This document shows positions 26,120 to 36,488 of a DNA stretch of 45,361 nucleotides, piece by piece. Every line of letters begins with the position of its first letter. Within the stretch, counting starts at the first letter, position 1. Origin of the DNA: Thermoplasmata archaeon (lineage in GTDB: Archaea; Thermoplasmatota; Thermoplasmata; Thermoplasmatales; ARK-15). The DNA is taken from NCBI GenBank assembly GCA_039794005.1, contig JBAMMA010000003.1, forward strand, positions 1-45,361. Direction: 5' to 3'. The notes beneath the pieces were generated by a model, which worked only from the letters and a program-made list of their open reading frames with translations, had not been told where the DNA came from and did not search any database. A program made the translations under genes and the position numbers.

Positions 26120-26899
26120 ATGTTAGATGATTTAAAAAAGATGGCATTCAATGTAAAAAAGGTAGTTGAAGGATATTTGGAAAATAATTTTGAAAGTGCC
26201 GGAGAATTCGTAAAAATCGGTGAAGATGGAACACCTACAACAAATATTGACATTATTGCAGAAAATGAAGTTATTGAATATATAAAAGACAAAGATCTCC
26301 CTGTAAATTTATTAAGTGAAGAATATGGATTTATGAATAGAAATTATGAAAGAACATTAATATTGGACCCCATTGATGGATCATTTAATGCAGAAAATAA
26401 TATCCCTGTATTTTCAATATCTTTAGCGGTAGCAAAGGAAGGCCTTAACGATCTGGAATATGCCTTAATATTGAATATTACAAACGGGAAATATTATTGG
26501 GCAGAGAAGGGAAAAGGGGCCTATTTTATGGAAAATAGATTGCCTAGGATAAATTCAAATAAAGTAGTGAGTGCAATAAGACTGGGCAAAGAATCGGATG
26601 AAAAGGTATTTGAAATAATAAAAAATAGTAATAAGGTGAGATCATTGGGATGCAGTTCTTTAGAAATGGCCATGGTTGCGGAAGGTTCAATTTCATTCTT
26701 CTTGTATTATAAAAAAAATTATGGAATTTTGAGGATAACAGACATAGCTGCGTCAGTTTTAATATTGCGTGAAGCTGGTGGCCAAGTGTATGATCCGGAT
26801 ACTATGGAATTATTGAACATGAAATTAGATGTAAAAGAAAGGAAAAATGTTGTTGCATCACTAGATAGAAATATAATTAAAAGGTTGTGGGGGAAATAA
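26120..26899 (+). CDS. IMPase/FBPase-superfamily phosphatase (probable NADP(H) phosphatase)
   Basis: GEDGTPT, SEE, LDPIDGS, RSLG, RITDIAA; adjacent to NAD kinase. Confidence 0.85.
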   Translation: MLDDLKKMAFNVKKVVEGYLENNFESAGEFVKIGEDGTPTTNIDIIAENEVIEYIKDKDLPVNLLSEEYGFMNRNYERTLILDPIDGSFNAENNIPVFSISLAVAKEGLNDLEYALILNITNGKYYWAEKGKGAYFMENRLPRINSNKVVSAIRLGKESDEKVFEIIKNSNKVRSLGCSSLEMAMVAEGSISFFLYYKKNYGILRITDIAASVLILREAGGQVYDPDTMELLNMKLDVKERKNVVASLDRNIIKRLWGK

Positions 26900-26900
26900 T

Positions 26901-27707
26901 ATGAAAATAGGATTGGTGGCCAATAAGGATTTATCATTGGCATTAAAAGTTGCAAAAGAAGTATATAATTACTTATTAGAATCAAATCAAGAGATCATGG
27001 TGGAGGAATCATTATCAAAAATATTCAAAACAAATGGTGTTAAGATAGAAGATATGGATGTTGATATAATAATAACTGTGGGTGGAGATGGAACTGTTTT
27101 GCATACACTTATGAAAACTAATAAACCTATATTTTCAATAAATGCTGGGAGGCTTGGATTTTTAACGGAAATCCTGCCGGTTGATTTAGAATATTATTTG
27201 AATAAATTGATAAATAAAGAATACTTTATTGAGGACAGGAGAAAGTTAAAAGTTTTATTGAATGATGAAAGATTGCCAGATTGTACAAATGAAGTTGTTA
27301 TACATACCAATGAAATTTCAAAAATGAGAAGTTATGCCATATATATAGATAATGAATTAATGGATGAGGCCAGGGCCGATGGCATAATTGTATCTACAGC
27401 CACAGGATCTACATCATATTCCTTGAGCGTAGGTGGGCCCATAGTTGATCCAAGAATTAGCAGTATGATAATAAGTTTCATAGCTCCATTTAAACTTGCA
27501 GCTAGACCTCATGTAGTTCCAGGTAAATCAAAAATAGAAATACACATGCTCGATAAAAAGAAGAAAAGTTTGATAGTTCTTGACGGTCAGGTAAGGAAAA
27601 ACATAATCCCATCAGATATTGTACAAATTACAGAAAGTGAAAATACGGCAAAGTTTGTGAAATTTTCAAATAAATTTTATGAAAAATTGAGGGAAAAGAT
27701 GTTATGA
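26901..27707 (+). CDS. nadK: NAD(+) kinase
   Basis: GGDGTVL, GRLGFL, NE, ADGIIVSTATGSTSYSLSVGGP. Confidence 0.95.
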   Translation: MKIGLVANKDLSLALKVAKEVYNYLLESNQEIMVEESLSKIFKTNGVKIEDMDVDIIITVGGDGTVLHTLMKTNKPIFSINAGRLGFLTEILPVDLEYYLNKLINKEYFIEDRRKLKVLLNDERLPDCTNEVVIHTNEISKMRSYAIYIDNELMDEARADGIIVSTATGSTSYSLSVGGPIVDPRISSMIISFIAPFKLAARPHVVPGKSKIEIHMLDKKKKSLIVLDGQVRKNIIPSDIVQITESENTAKFVKFSNKFYEKLREKML

Positions 27708-28066
27708 ATTACAGAATAAAGAGAAAGGTCTTAGAACTTATAATGGAGAGTTCTAAAGATAGCATGCCAAATGAATTTGCAGCATTTTTGAGAGCTAGAA
27801 ATGGTATAATATATGAAATAGTAATGATACCAACAATATCTGGGAGAAGATCCGCAACTTATATGCTTTATATGAAGCCAATAGATTTTTCTATTGTTGG
27901 AACAGTTCATTCACATCCATCTGGAATTCTAATACCAAGTGAGGAAGATCTGCATTTATTTTCATTGACAGGTGAAATACATCTAATTGTAGGTTATCCA
28001 TTCAATTTGGAAAATTTTAGGGCCTTTAACAGGAATGGTAAACCTATTGAGGTTGAAATAATATGA
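27704..28066 (+). CDS. JAMM/MPN+ metalloprotease
   Basis: PNE...HSHPSG...PSEED catalytic motif. Confidence 0.92.
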   Translation: MNYRIKRKVLELIMESSKDSMPNEFAAFLRARNGIIYEIVMIPTISGRRSATYMLYMKPIDFSIVGTVHSHPSGILIPSEEDLHLFSLTGEIHLIVGYPFNLENFRAFNRNGKPIEVEII

Positions 28067-28701
28067 AAATCATAGATTCAAATAAATACGATATAATTTA
28101 TACCGAGAAAGCTGTTTTAATAGATGTTTTTAGGGCTACAACATCCATAGTAGTTATTCTGAGCAATGGTGCAGAAAAAATTATTCCCTTTCCGAATGAA
28201 GAATCTGCCAGGGAGTTTTATAAAAAAAATAGAGATATGATATTGGTTGGAGAAAGAAATGGCTACAAAATACCAGATTTTCATTTTGGAAATACACCTT
28301 ATTTATTGAGCAAGCATGATTTTCATGGGAAAAGCGTTATTTTTGTTTCAACCAATGGAACAAGGGTATTAAACAAAATCAAATCGAATCATGTTTATTT
28401 TGCTTCATTTCTGAATGCATCCTCAATTTTAAAAGTTCTGGATGAAAAAACGGATTTTATTTGTGCAAATAGATTAAATCTATTGTCGATTGAAGATTTT
28501 ATGTTAGCAGCCTATTTAAAAGCTAAGAAATTGAATATAAAGATTGATTACAATAGAATAAAAGATATAATATTGAAATCAAAGAGTGCCGATCGTGTGA
28601 GGAGCTTGAATGCAGAAGAAGATATCTATTTTTCATTAAATCTTGATTTATATGATATAATTCCATATTATGTTAATGGAGAAATAAAAGCATTAAAATA
28701 G
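28063..28701 (+). CDS. comB: 2-phosphosulfolactate phosphatase (ComB family)
   Basis: IDVFRATTSI, GERNG, FGNTP, STNGT, SIED. Confidence 0.9.
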   Translation: MKIIDSNKYDIIYTEKAVLIDVFRATTSIVVILSNGAEKIIPFPNEESAREFYKKNRDMILVGERNGYKIPDFHFGNTPYLLSKHDFHGKSVIFVSTNGTRVLNKIKSNHVYFASFLNASSILKVLDEKTDFICANRLNLLSIEDFMLAAYLKAKKLNIKIDYNRIKDIILKSKSADRVRSLNAEEDIYFSLNLDLYDIIPYYVNGEIKALK

Positions 28702-29080
28702 TCATGATTATCATTAATACTATTGTTAAAATGATTAAAATCTTTACATTCATTTCAGAATTTCCAAATATTATGGGGATTGGGCCGATCAAAATGATTC
28801 CACCGTATTCAGTCTTTTTATTTTTCTCAGTATTGCCATTTTCATAATTTTTGATTTCAATTCTCTCTACGTTTTCAAAATCATGGATAAATGATAAAAA
28901 GAACAAAAATAATCCAATAAATATGAGAATAAATGATAATGCCGCGTAAATACCTGAACCAACCATGAATGGAAATATTAAAAATAGTCCCACCTCTATA
29001 TATTTATTGATAATCCCTATGAAAATAAATATAATTGAAATAAATATAAGAAAAACTGATAAAATTCTTAATGTATTCAT
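28673..29080 (-). CDS. DUF131/TIGR00304-like membrane protein
   Basis: GGIILIGPIPIIFG motif; ATG 29080 overlaps the upstream TGA. Confidence 0.85.
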   Translation of the reverse strand: MNTLRILSVFLIFISIIFIFIGIINKYIEVGLFLIFPFMVGSGIYAALSFILIFIGLFLFFLSFIHDFENVERIEIKNYENGNTEKNKKTEYGGIILIGPIPIIFGNSEMNVKILIILTIVLMIIMTILMLLFLH

Positions 29081-30012
29081 ATTAACTTTGCCCCGCAATA
29101 TCTGCAAAATTTGTCCTCAGGTTTTGCCTCCCTTCCACATTTGGGACACTTTCTAGATTTCAAAGGATATCCACAATTCCAGCAGAATAAATCATCTGAT
29201 GAAATCTCTGATCCACAATTAGGACACTTCAATTTATTTTCTTCCCCTAAATTTAATTCATTTTCTTCATTTTCAATATTTTTATTTTCCTCCTCTGTTT
29301 TAGAAATTAATTTTATAGAACCTAAAGAATCCGATTCTTCATTCTTCAAGATTTTTTGTGTTTTAATAGAATATCTTAAAGATTCAAGGTATCTGCTTTC
29401 ATTGAAGGCTGTCCTTGCAAGTGTTAAATATTCTATAGCCAGCAATTTTTTGCTTTCCTCTGAATTCTGATACATACTTTCTGCCATTTCCAAAGTAAAT
29501 TTTGCAGCGAGGTAATTTTCTGGTAATGTTTTACTTAGTTTATAAGATGCTGATAAATTTTCATCTTCCTTATTTTGTACATTCTCTTTATATTGTGACA
29601 ATTCGTTTAAAGTTAAATTTGGTGTAGGAGGATTTACATTAAAATTTTTATCCTTTTCTTCCTTTTTCTGTATCGATAATTCCGGAGTTTCATTCCTCAA
29701 TGTATCCAAAGTTCTCTTTGCTTCATTGCAAAGTGAAATAACCGTTGGATAATCCCTATTATTGTATGCATCTTCAGCCTTATTTATTATTTCATCTATT
29801 GTCGAAGTGTTTATTCCTCTCTTTTTAAACATGTTAACAATAGCCTTCGTTTGCTGTAATACATTATAAGCATCATTTTCAGGATCCCTTTTCTCTTTGA
29901 AAATCGAAATTGAAACATTTTTCTTTCTCATGATATTCATTAATAGGGACAATCCTACAAATGCTAAAATGATAATTCCAATGATTAGGATTAGCAATAT
30001 ATTAGTATCCAT
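29077..30012 (-). CDS. Membrane-anchored protein with helical repeats and a C-terminal double zinc ribbon
   Basis: N-terminal TM helix; CPNCG..CWNCG..CPKCG..CRYCG. Confidence 0.8.
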   Translation of the reverse strand: MDTNILLILIIGIIILAFVGLSLLMNIMRKKNVSISIFKEKRDPENDAYNVLQQTKAIVNMFKKRGINTSTIDEIINKAEDAYNNRDYPTVISLCNEAKRTLDTLRNETPELSIQKKEEKDKNFNVNPPTPNLTLNELSQYKENVQNKEDENLSASYKLSKTLPENYLAAKFTLEMAESMYQNSEESKKLLAIEYLTLARTAFNESRYLESLRYSIKTQKILKNEESDSLGSIKLISKTEEENKNIENEENELNLGEENKLKCPNCGSEISSDDLFCWNCGYPLKSRKCPKCGREAKPEDKFCRYCGAKLI

Positions 30013-30152
30013 GGAAGATATTTTTATAAACTTTTTAATAAATTTTTCGAAAGGATATAATTATTTATTTTTTTTAATATAATTCCTTTATTTAACAAAA
30101 ATTAAATATTATTTCAATCTTAATGTTAGAGTAATATTGGGAAGGTGTATCT

Positions 30153-30614
30153 ATGTCAAGGATTCATTCAAGTAAAAGAGGAAGATCAGGTTCAAAACCT
30201 CCATATAGGACATCAGTTCCAGAATGGGCAAAATTGAAAGGAAAAGATGCAGAGGAAAAATTGTTAGATTTGATTAGACAGGGATATACCATGAGTCATG
30301 CTGGAATCATTTTAAGGGATATTTATGGAGTTCCGAAAATTAAATTTGTTACAGGTAAAAAGATGTTGAAAATATTAAAACAGTATAACCTTGAACCAAA
30401 GATTCCAGAGGATTTGATGGCCTTAATGAAGAGAGCAGTAAGGTTGAACAAGCACTTGCAGAAAAATCCAAAAGATCTTTCAAACATGAGAGGATTGAAA
30501 TTGGTTGAATCAAAGATTAATAGATTAATTAAATATTATAAAAGAATAGGGAGACTACCAGAGGATTGGAAGTATTCAATAGAAACTGCAGAGTTGCTTA
30601 CTAAATCAACATGA
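30153..30614 (+). CDS. rps15: 30S ribosomal protein uS15 (archaeal S15/S13e)
   Basis: MSRIHSSKRGRSGS, GIILRD.YG, IPEDL, ESKINRLIKYYK. Confidence 0.97.
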   Translation: MSRIHSSKRGRSGSKPPYRTSVPEWAKLKGKDAEEKLLDLIRQGYTMSHAGIILRDIYGVPKIKFVTGKKMLKILKQYNLEPKIPEDLMALMKRAVRLNKHLQKNPKDLSNMRGLKLVESKINRLIKYYKRIGRLPEDWKYSIETAELLTKST

Positions 30615-31966
30615 TTGAAATTCCAAAATGTTTAGAAAGTAGGTACAATGAGGCAATAAAAAGGGTAAAAGAATCCAAATTTGTTAGAATAATAGCCCAC
30701 TACGATGCGGATGGAATTTCATCGGGCGCATTAATTTATAAAACGTTAATAAAGGATAATAAAAAATTCCATATCTCTTTTAAAAGGGAATACAATAAAT
30801 CCGCAATCGAACAATATATGGATGGACCATACGATTGTTATATTTTTGTTGATATAGGCGCCTCTATGGTAAAATATCTTGAAGATTATGCTAAAAATGG
30901 AAAAAATATCATAATTTTGGATCATCATCAATCAAACGATGATTCTGATTTATTAATACACATCAATCCACATTTGTGTGGGATGGATGGAACATCCGAT
31001 GCGTGCGGTTCTACTTTGAGCTATATTTTCTCAGTTTTATACGATGAAAACAATTGGATTATGTATCCGTCATTTTTTGCAGGTGTTTTAGGTGATAGGC
31101 AAAATATTGATGGATACAAGGGAATAAATAAAATTTTAACAGAATATTTGGAAAACGTTAAAGGCCTTAAAAAGACTGTGACATTATCTTTAGAAGGTTC
31201 GAACGTTTTTGAAATGCTGATGTATGCTACAGATCCATTCATTTTAAATCTATCAGGTAAAGAGGATAAAATCAAACATGTTTTAAAAAGGCTTTCGATA
31301 AAGGAAGATGAAAAATTTGAGTCCCTTGACGAAAAAAGAAGGAATAATCTAATATCATATATTACATTGCAATTGATAAAGATTGGAGTTGATAATGAAA
31401 TAATAAAAGGCATAATAAGAGAAAAATATGATTTGATGTTAAGTTCTCAGATATATCTATCAGATGCCTCCTTGTCAAGCATAATAGATTCATGTGGGAA
31501 AGAAGAAAAGCATTCCGTTGGATTATTGTTCTTAAATTATCCAGAAAAATATATGGAAGAAGCAATAAAAATTTGGAAGTTCTATAAAATCAAAATGATT
31601 GAGGAATTGTATTATTCATATGAAAATAAAAAGGAATTGGAAAATATATATCTTTTACCAACTAGGGAGAGTGCATATACAGGGCCTATTGCCGGAATAT
31701 TGGTATCATATGCTCTCCCGGGCATGAAACCTGCCATAGGATATTCCATTTCTGATGGAAATGTAAAAATTTCAGCGAGAGCAACAAAAAAGATGGTTCA
31801 AAACGGTTTGAATTTAGGCACAATATTAAAAGAATGTTCAGAAAAATTTAATGGAAATGGTGGAGGCCATAATATAGCAGCTGGAGCATCCGTTCCAGAA
31901 AAATATTTCACGGAATTTGTTAAATGTTTAAATGATAAGGTAAAAGAATCATATGGAAATAAATGA
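30611..31966 (+). CDS. DHH/DHHA1 phosphoesterase (RecJ-like)
   Basis: HYDADG, DIG, LDHH, GGGHNIAAG; usual neighbour of rps15. Confidence 0.92.
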   Translation: MIEIPKCLESRYNEAIKRVKESKFVRIIAHYDADGISSGALIYKTLIKDNKKFHISFKREYNKSAIEQYMDGPYDCYIFVDIGASMVKYLEDYAKNGKNIIILDHHQSNDDSDLLIHINPHLCGMDGTSDACGSTLSYIFSVLYDENNWIMYPSFFAGVLGDRQNIDGYKGINKILTEYLENVKGLKKTVTLSLEGSNVFEMLMYATDPFILNLSGKEDKIKHVLKRLSIKEDEKFESLDEKRRNNLISYITLQLIKIGVDNEIIKGIIREKYDLMLSSQIYLSDASLSSIIDSCGKEEKHSVGLLFLNYPEKYMEEAIKIWKFYKIKMIEELYYSYENKKELENIYLLPTRESAYTGPIAGILVSYALPGMKPAIGYSISDGNVKISARATKKMVQNGLNLGTILKECSEKFNGNGGGHNIAAGASVPEKYFTEFVKCLNDKVKESYGNK

Positions 31967-31976
31967 GGGTGTTTTT

Positions 31977-32717
31977 ATGAATATTCCAAAGTCACATCCA
32001 AGGTATGAATCACTTTTAAAAAGAGAGAAAATTATAGAATATTTCAATAAAGGTATTGTTGCCACAGCAGGTCTTATTGCACATGGAAGAGGTGAAACAT
32101 TTGATTATTTAATAGGTGAAAAGTCCATGGATTTTGCAATAGAAGCCGAAAAGGCAGCTGTAGCAATGATTAAATTGGCAAAAAATCCTATAATATCTGT
32201 AAATGGCAATGTAACAGCGTTAGCATCTGAAGATGTAGTAAAATTATCGAGATTATTAAATGCAAAAATAGAGATTAGTCTGTTTTACAGGACCGAGGAT
32301 AGGGTGAAGAAGATTGCAGAGGAGTTCAGAAAATATGGCATCGAAATTTTAGGCCAAAATCCTGACGCCAGAATCCCCGGCATAGATCATATGAGGGCAT
32401 TATGTTCAAAGGAGGGAATATTTTCTGCAGATGTGGTATTAATCCCATTAGAGGATGGTGATAGGGCTAAGGCCCTGAAAGATATGGGAAAAAAGGTAAT
32501 AGCAATCGATTTAAATCCATTATCCAGGACATCACAGGTAGCAGATATATCAATTGTGGATGAATTAACAAGGGCGGTTAAAAACATGATGGAATTCGCA
32601 CCTCAAATTGATATCAATAAAGCAATAGAAATTCTAAATAATTATGATAACAAAAAAACATTATCCAATGTTTTAATTTATATTAAAAATAGAATGGAAG
32701 AGTTGTCAAAGATTTAA
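31977..32717 (+). CDS. Phosphopantothenate synthetase (4-phosphopantoate--beta-alanine ligase)
   Basis: IPKSHPRYESL, GLIAHGRGE.FDY, SVNGN, PLEDGDR, IDLNPLSRT; SD before ATG 31977. Confidence 0.95.
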   Translation: MNIPKSHPRYESLLKREKIIEYFNKGIVATAGLIAHGRGETFDYLIGEKSMDFAIEAEKAAVAMIKLAKNPIISVNGNVTALASEDVVKLSRLLNAKIEISLFYRTEDRVKKIAEEFRKYGIEILGQNPDARIPGIDHMRALCSKEGIFSADVVLIPLEDGDRAKALKDMGKKVIAIDLNPLSRTSQVADISIVDELTRAVKNMMEFAPQIDINKAIEILNNYDNKKTLSNVLIYIKNRMEELSKI

Positions 32718-33442
32718 CTTTTATTTTCATTTCCCTGGTCAAGTAATTCTGGATGCAGGACATAACCGCATGCATAGCACATTATAGCATCCTTGCTAAT
32801 CAATGTTCCACAGTTGGGACATGGTATTAAATCTTCTTCCTGTGGTTTTTCTGGTGTAGATACCGTTTGGACCGCTGTTTCTTTTACTTCTACCTTTTCC
32901 ACATTAACAGTCGGAACAGATACGCTCTGGTTCAACAGTGGAGTAATTTGATCTTTCATCTGGAATATTGAATTCAATGAATTTTTAACATCGTCATTCA
33001 TCTTGTTTAGATCATTCCTAACTCTATTATAATCATCTAAGAATTTTGAAATCATCTCCTCATTTTTCTTGTATTTTTCAAGATACATTCCAATGAGATC
33101 TGTAGTTTGCGTAGCTTTTGCCTCCAATTTGTCTAAGTTATCCAGAACCTTTGAAAGATTAGACTTTATATTTTCGATCTCTTGTGCTTTTTGTTTCAAA
33201 TCATTTTCTAATTTCTTTAATTCATCTATCTTTGAATTGATTTCATTTTCCTTATCATTCAATGATTTCTGCTTATCATTTAATTGGGATTCATAATTCT
33301 TTAACTGTGATTCCCATTGATTTAACTTATTTTCTTTATCGGTCAATTCCTGTTCCTTTCTCTTTAATTCTTCTGATTGTACCTTGATCTTCTTCAAGTA
33401 ACCTTCCACCTGGTCAAGAATTGATTCCTCGTTTTCTGCCAA
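32714..33442 (-). CDS. Long coiled-coil protein with C-terminal zinc ribbon
   Basis: Regular heptads over about 170 aa; CPNCG...CYACG; GAGGTGG SD before TTG 33442. Confidence 0.8.
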   Translation of the reverse strand: MAENEESILDQVEGYLKKIKVQSEELKRKEQELTDKENKLNQWESQLKNYESQLNDKQKSLNDKENEINSKIDELKKLENDLKQKAQEIENIKSNLSKVLDNLDKLEAKATQTTDLIGMYLEKYKKNEEMISKFLDDYNRVRNDLNKMNDDVKNSLNSIFQMKDQITPLLNQSVSVPTVNVEKVEVKETAVQTVSTPEKPQEEDLIPCPNCGTLISKDAIMCYACGYVLHPELLDQGNENKS

Positions 33443-33571
33443 AACTACCACCTCTATAAATTGTTATCTAATCTTTATAATTTAAATATTTCTATATCAC
33501 ATTATTATTATATAAAACTATAATATCTTTATAAAACAAATTTTTATATTTTTTGTTGGTTGTTAATATTA

Positions 33572-34243
33572 ATGATCGAGATAATGGAAAAAATAGCTGG
33601 AGAAATTGTTATGTCAGAAAACCCTGGAATAACCATGAGAAAATGGAGGGAATTGTTTGAACTAACACAAAGTGCATTGGCTGAAAAAATGAATATAAAT
33701 CCATCTGTTTTAAGCGATTATGAAAATGGTAAAAGGATACCGGGTTCACAATTCGTTAAAAGATTCGTTGAATCCTTGATAAACATAGATTATTCCAGGG
33801 GATCTCCCGTGCTGAAAAAGATAAATAAAAGTTATGGTAGTTCAGCAATTTTGGACATAAGGGAATTTATTAGGCCCGTAAAAAGGGAGGAAATAGTTTC
33901 AATAATAGATGGTAAAATTTTATACGGTTCAAAAATGGATAAAGAACTATTTGGATATACCATTGTAGATAGTATAAAGGCCATACTTGAATTTTCATCC
34001 AATGATTATTACAGGATATATGGATATTCAAATGAGAGGGCAATATTTTTTTCTGGAGTAAAATATGGAAGATCACCCATGGTTGCAGTAAGGGCACATC
34101 CTTTAAAACCCAATATGGTAATATTCATTCAGCCTGAAAATGTAGATTCTCTATCAATACGGCTTGCTGAAATTGAAGAAATTCCATTGATAATTTCCGA
34201 AATGGATGTAAAAAGTATAATAGAGAATTTAAGGAAAATCTAA
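33572..34243 (+). CDS. XRE-type HTH transcriptional regulator (archaeal COG1709-like)
   Basis: IAGEIVMSENPG..MRKWRE.F, SDYE.G.R, GYTIVDS.KAI, GRSPMVAVR. Confidence 0.9.
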   Translation: MIEIMEKIAGEIVMSENPGITMRKWRELFELTQSALAEKMNINPSVLSDYENGKRIPGSQFVKRFVESLINIDYSRGSPVLKKINKSYGSSAILDIREFIRPVKREEIVSIIDGKILYGSKMDKELFGYTIVDSIKAILEFSSNDYYRIYGYSNERAIFFSGVKYGRSPMVAVRAHPLKPNMVIFIQPENVDSLSIRLAEIEEIPLIISEMDVKSIIENLRKI

Positions 34244-35734
34244 GAATACACCATGATTTTCCAATTCTTTAATAATTTCGTTGTTTTTTATCAAATCGTT
34301 TAATTTTTCAATATCTGGATTTAATGGTCTGTCATTTTCCAATGGTTTAACATATCTTCTAATAAAATTATAAACGATTCTGTTATTTTCCGACATTTCG
34401 TACTTCCTAAACTCCAATGCTTGGGCAGCAGTCAATAATTCAATAGCTATAACGTATCTCGTATTCTTTAAAATTTGAAGTGCCTTAAATGAGGAAAACA
34501 TACCCATGCTCACATGATCCTCTTGGTTGGCACTAGTTGGAATCGAGTCTACCGAAGAAGGATGGCTAAGCACTTTATTTTCAGAAACCAAGGCAGCTGC
34601 AGTGTATTGAGGAATCATAAATCCTGAATTAATGCCTGGATCTTTTGTCAAAAATGGTGGAAGTCCTGAAAGTTTTGAATCAATCATCCTTGCAATTCTT
34701 CTCTCCGATATGTTTGCCATTTCCGAAAGGGCAATTCCCATAAAGTCCATGGCAAATGCGATATATTCCCCATGAAAATTTCCACCTGAATAAGACTTTT
34801 CAATGATAATTGGGTTATCTGTTACTGAATTTATTTCCTTTTCTACAATACTTTTTGAAAAATTAATGGTTTCATAAACAGGTCCAAGAACTTGTGGTGT
34901 ACATCTCAAAGAATATGCATCTTGAACCTTAATCTTTCTAGCATTTTCTATTATTTCACTACCTTTTATCATTTTCATTACATTTTTTCCTATAGTTATT
35001 TGGCCCATATGAGGTCTTAAGCTTAATATTTTTTCCAGGTAAGCTTCGTCTGTTGCATTTAATGCCTCTAAAGTTAGTGAAAATGCAACAATTGCATTTT
35101 TTAGCAGATTTATAGAATCGTATAAAATTATGCTAGATATTGATGATATAAATGAAGTACCATTTATTAATGCGACTCCCTCTTTTTCACTCAATGTTAA
35201 AGGTTCAACATCTATTTCTTTAATAGAATCATACAATTTTCCATTATAGAATATTTTTCCCTCTCCCATCATAGATAAAACGGTGTGTGCCAGAGGTGCA
35301 AGATCTCCACTAGCACCAACACTTCCTTTACTCGGTACGGCAGGTGTTATGTCCCTGTTTAAAAATTCCAAAATTTTTTCTATTGTTTCGTATTTTACGC
35401 CCGAGTAACCTTTTGCAAGAGTGTTTGCTCTAATTAACATAGCCCCTCTTACAATTTCTCTTTCAAAATATTCCCCTACACCAGATGAATGTGACCTAAT
35501 TAAATTCTTTTGCAATTCCATAATCTTTTCTTTGGATATTTTCAAATTTACTAAGTCTCCAAACCCTGTATTAACACCATAGATTGTAATTCCATTCTCT
35601 ATCAATTTTTCCAATTTTCTTCTATTTTCAATGATAATATCTTTTTGTTTTTCTGAAATCATTACCCTTTCATTGTTCCTTGCAACATTAATAACATCAT
35701 CAATCTTTAATGAATTTCCGTCAATAACTATCAT
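34229..35734 (-). CDS. hutH: Histidine ammonia-lyase
   Basis: YGVNTGFG, LIRSH, MIO-forming GASGDL, QDAYSLRC, SGGNFHG, NQEDHVSM. Confidence 0.95.
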   Translation of the reverse strand: MIVIDGNSLKIDDVINVARNNERVMISEKQKDIIIENRRKLEKLIENGITIYGVNTGFGDLVNLKISKEKIMELQKNLIRSHSSGVGEYFEREIVRGAMLIRANTLAKGYSGVKYETIEKILEFLNRDITPAVPSKGSVGASGDLAPLAHTVLSMMGEGKIFYNGKLYDSIKEIDVEPLTLSEKEGVALINGTSFISSISSIILYDSINLLKNAIVAFSLTLEALNATDEAYLEKILSLRPHMGQITIGKNVMKMIKGSEIIENARKIKVQDAYSLRCTPQVLGPVYETINFSKSIVEKEINSVTDNPIIIEKSYSGGNFHGEYIAFAMDFMGIALSEMANISERRIARMIDSKLSGLPPFLTKDPGINSGFMIPQYTAAALVSENKVLSHPSSVDSIPTSANQEDHVSMGMFSSFKALQILKNTRYVIAIELLTAAQALEFRKYEMSENNRIVYNFIRRYVKPLENDRPLNPDIEKLNDLIKNNEIIKELENHGVFLDFP

Positions 35735-35759
35735 GATATGTAAATGTCTTTATCAAATA

Positions 35760-36488
35760 TTATAATTTCTTTTCCAATTTTTTTAAAATTTTTGCAACTC
35801 CAGATCCATACTGCATAGCCTTTTTCTCTTTATTATAAATAGACTCTGGAAGATCCAGTATTTTCGCAACTTCTCTTAATATTACCTTTCTCACGCCATT
35901 ATCTATTTTAAAATTCAATGGAATTTCATGTGAAATTTTTAAAATTTCTTTTGTAATGTATGGATATTTCACAAATTTTCCTTGGAATTCAGATATTTTT
36001 CTTTCAATTAATAAATTATGTGTTAATAATTTTATTAAATCCTTTTTCATCAAATTTGGATTTTTCAAATATTTTTTATATCCTCCAAAAAGTTCGTCTG
36101 CCCCTTGGCCAACGTATACAACATCTTCCTTTATATTTTCCAATCCAATGTAGAAGGGGATTTCTATTGATAATTCTTTAAAGTTTAAATGATTAAAAAT
36201 CTTTAAAATATTCTTTTTGGCTCTAATTATGTCATTTTCATTAATTTCAATTAAAACCATCTCCCTGAAATTGATGTATTTAGAATTTTGTATTGCAGAA
36301 TTAATGTCATGTGATCCTTTTATTCCCACAGTATATGCAGTTACATCGTGATGTTTTGATAGAATATATCCAATTATTGATGAATCGAGGCCTCCAGAAT
36401 ATAATATTGAAACATTTCTCTTTTTCTCTTCAAGAATTTTTTGAGTCAAAGCATCTATAATTAATTTAGCAATTTCTCTCTTTTCCAT
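35760..36488 (-). CDS. Asparagine synthetase B C-terminal (synthetase) domain only
   Basis: SGGLDSS PP-loop, GQGADELFGGY, K.ILR, KKAMQYGSG; no Cys1 glutaminase domain. Confidence 0.88.
   Translation of the reverse strand: MEKREIAKLIIDALTQKILEEKKRNVSILYSGGLDSSIIGYILSKHHDVTAYTVGIKGSHDINSAIQNSKYINFREMVLIEINENDIIRAKKNILKIFNHLNFKELSIEIPFYIGLENIKEDVVYVGQGADELFGGYKKYLKNPNLMKKDLIKLLTHNLLIERKISEFQGKFVKYPYITKEILKISHEIPLNFKIDNGVRKVILREVAKILDLPESIYNKEKKAMQYGSGVAKILKKLEKKL

Noticed and set aside
27704-28066. JAMM protease as part of a CBASS or ubiquitin-like defence operon
   Set aside because: No CD-NTase, E1/E2 or ubiquitin-like gene adjacent; neighbours are metabolic
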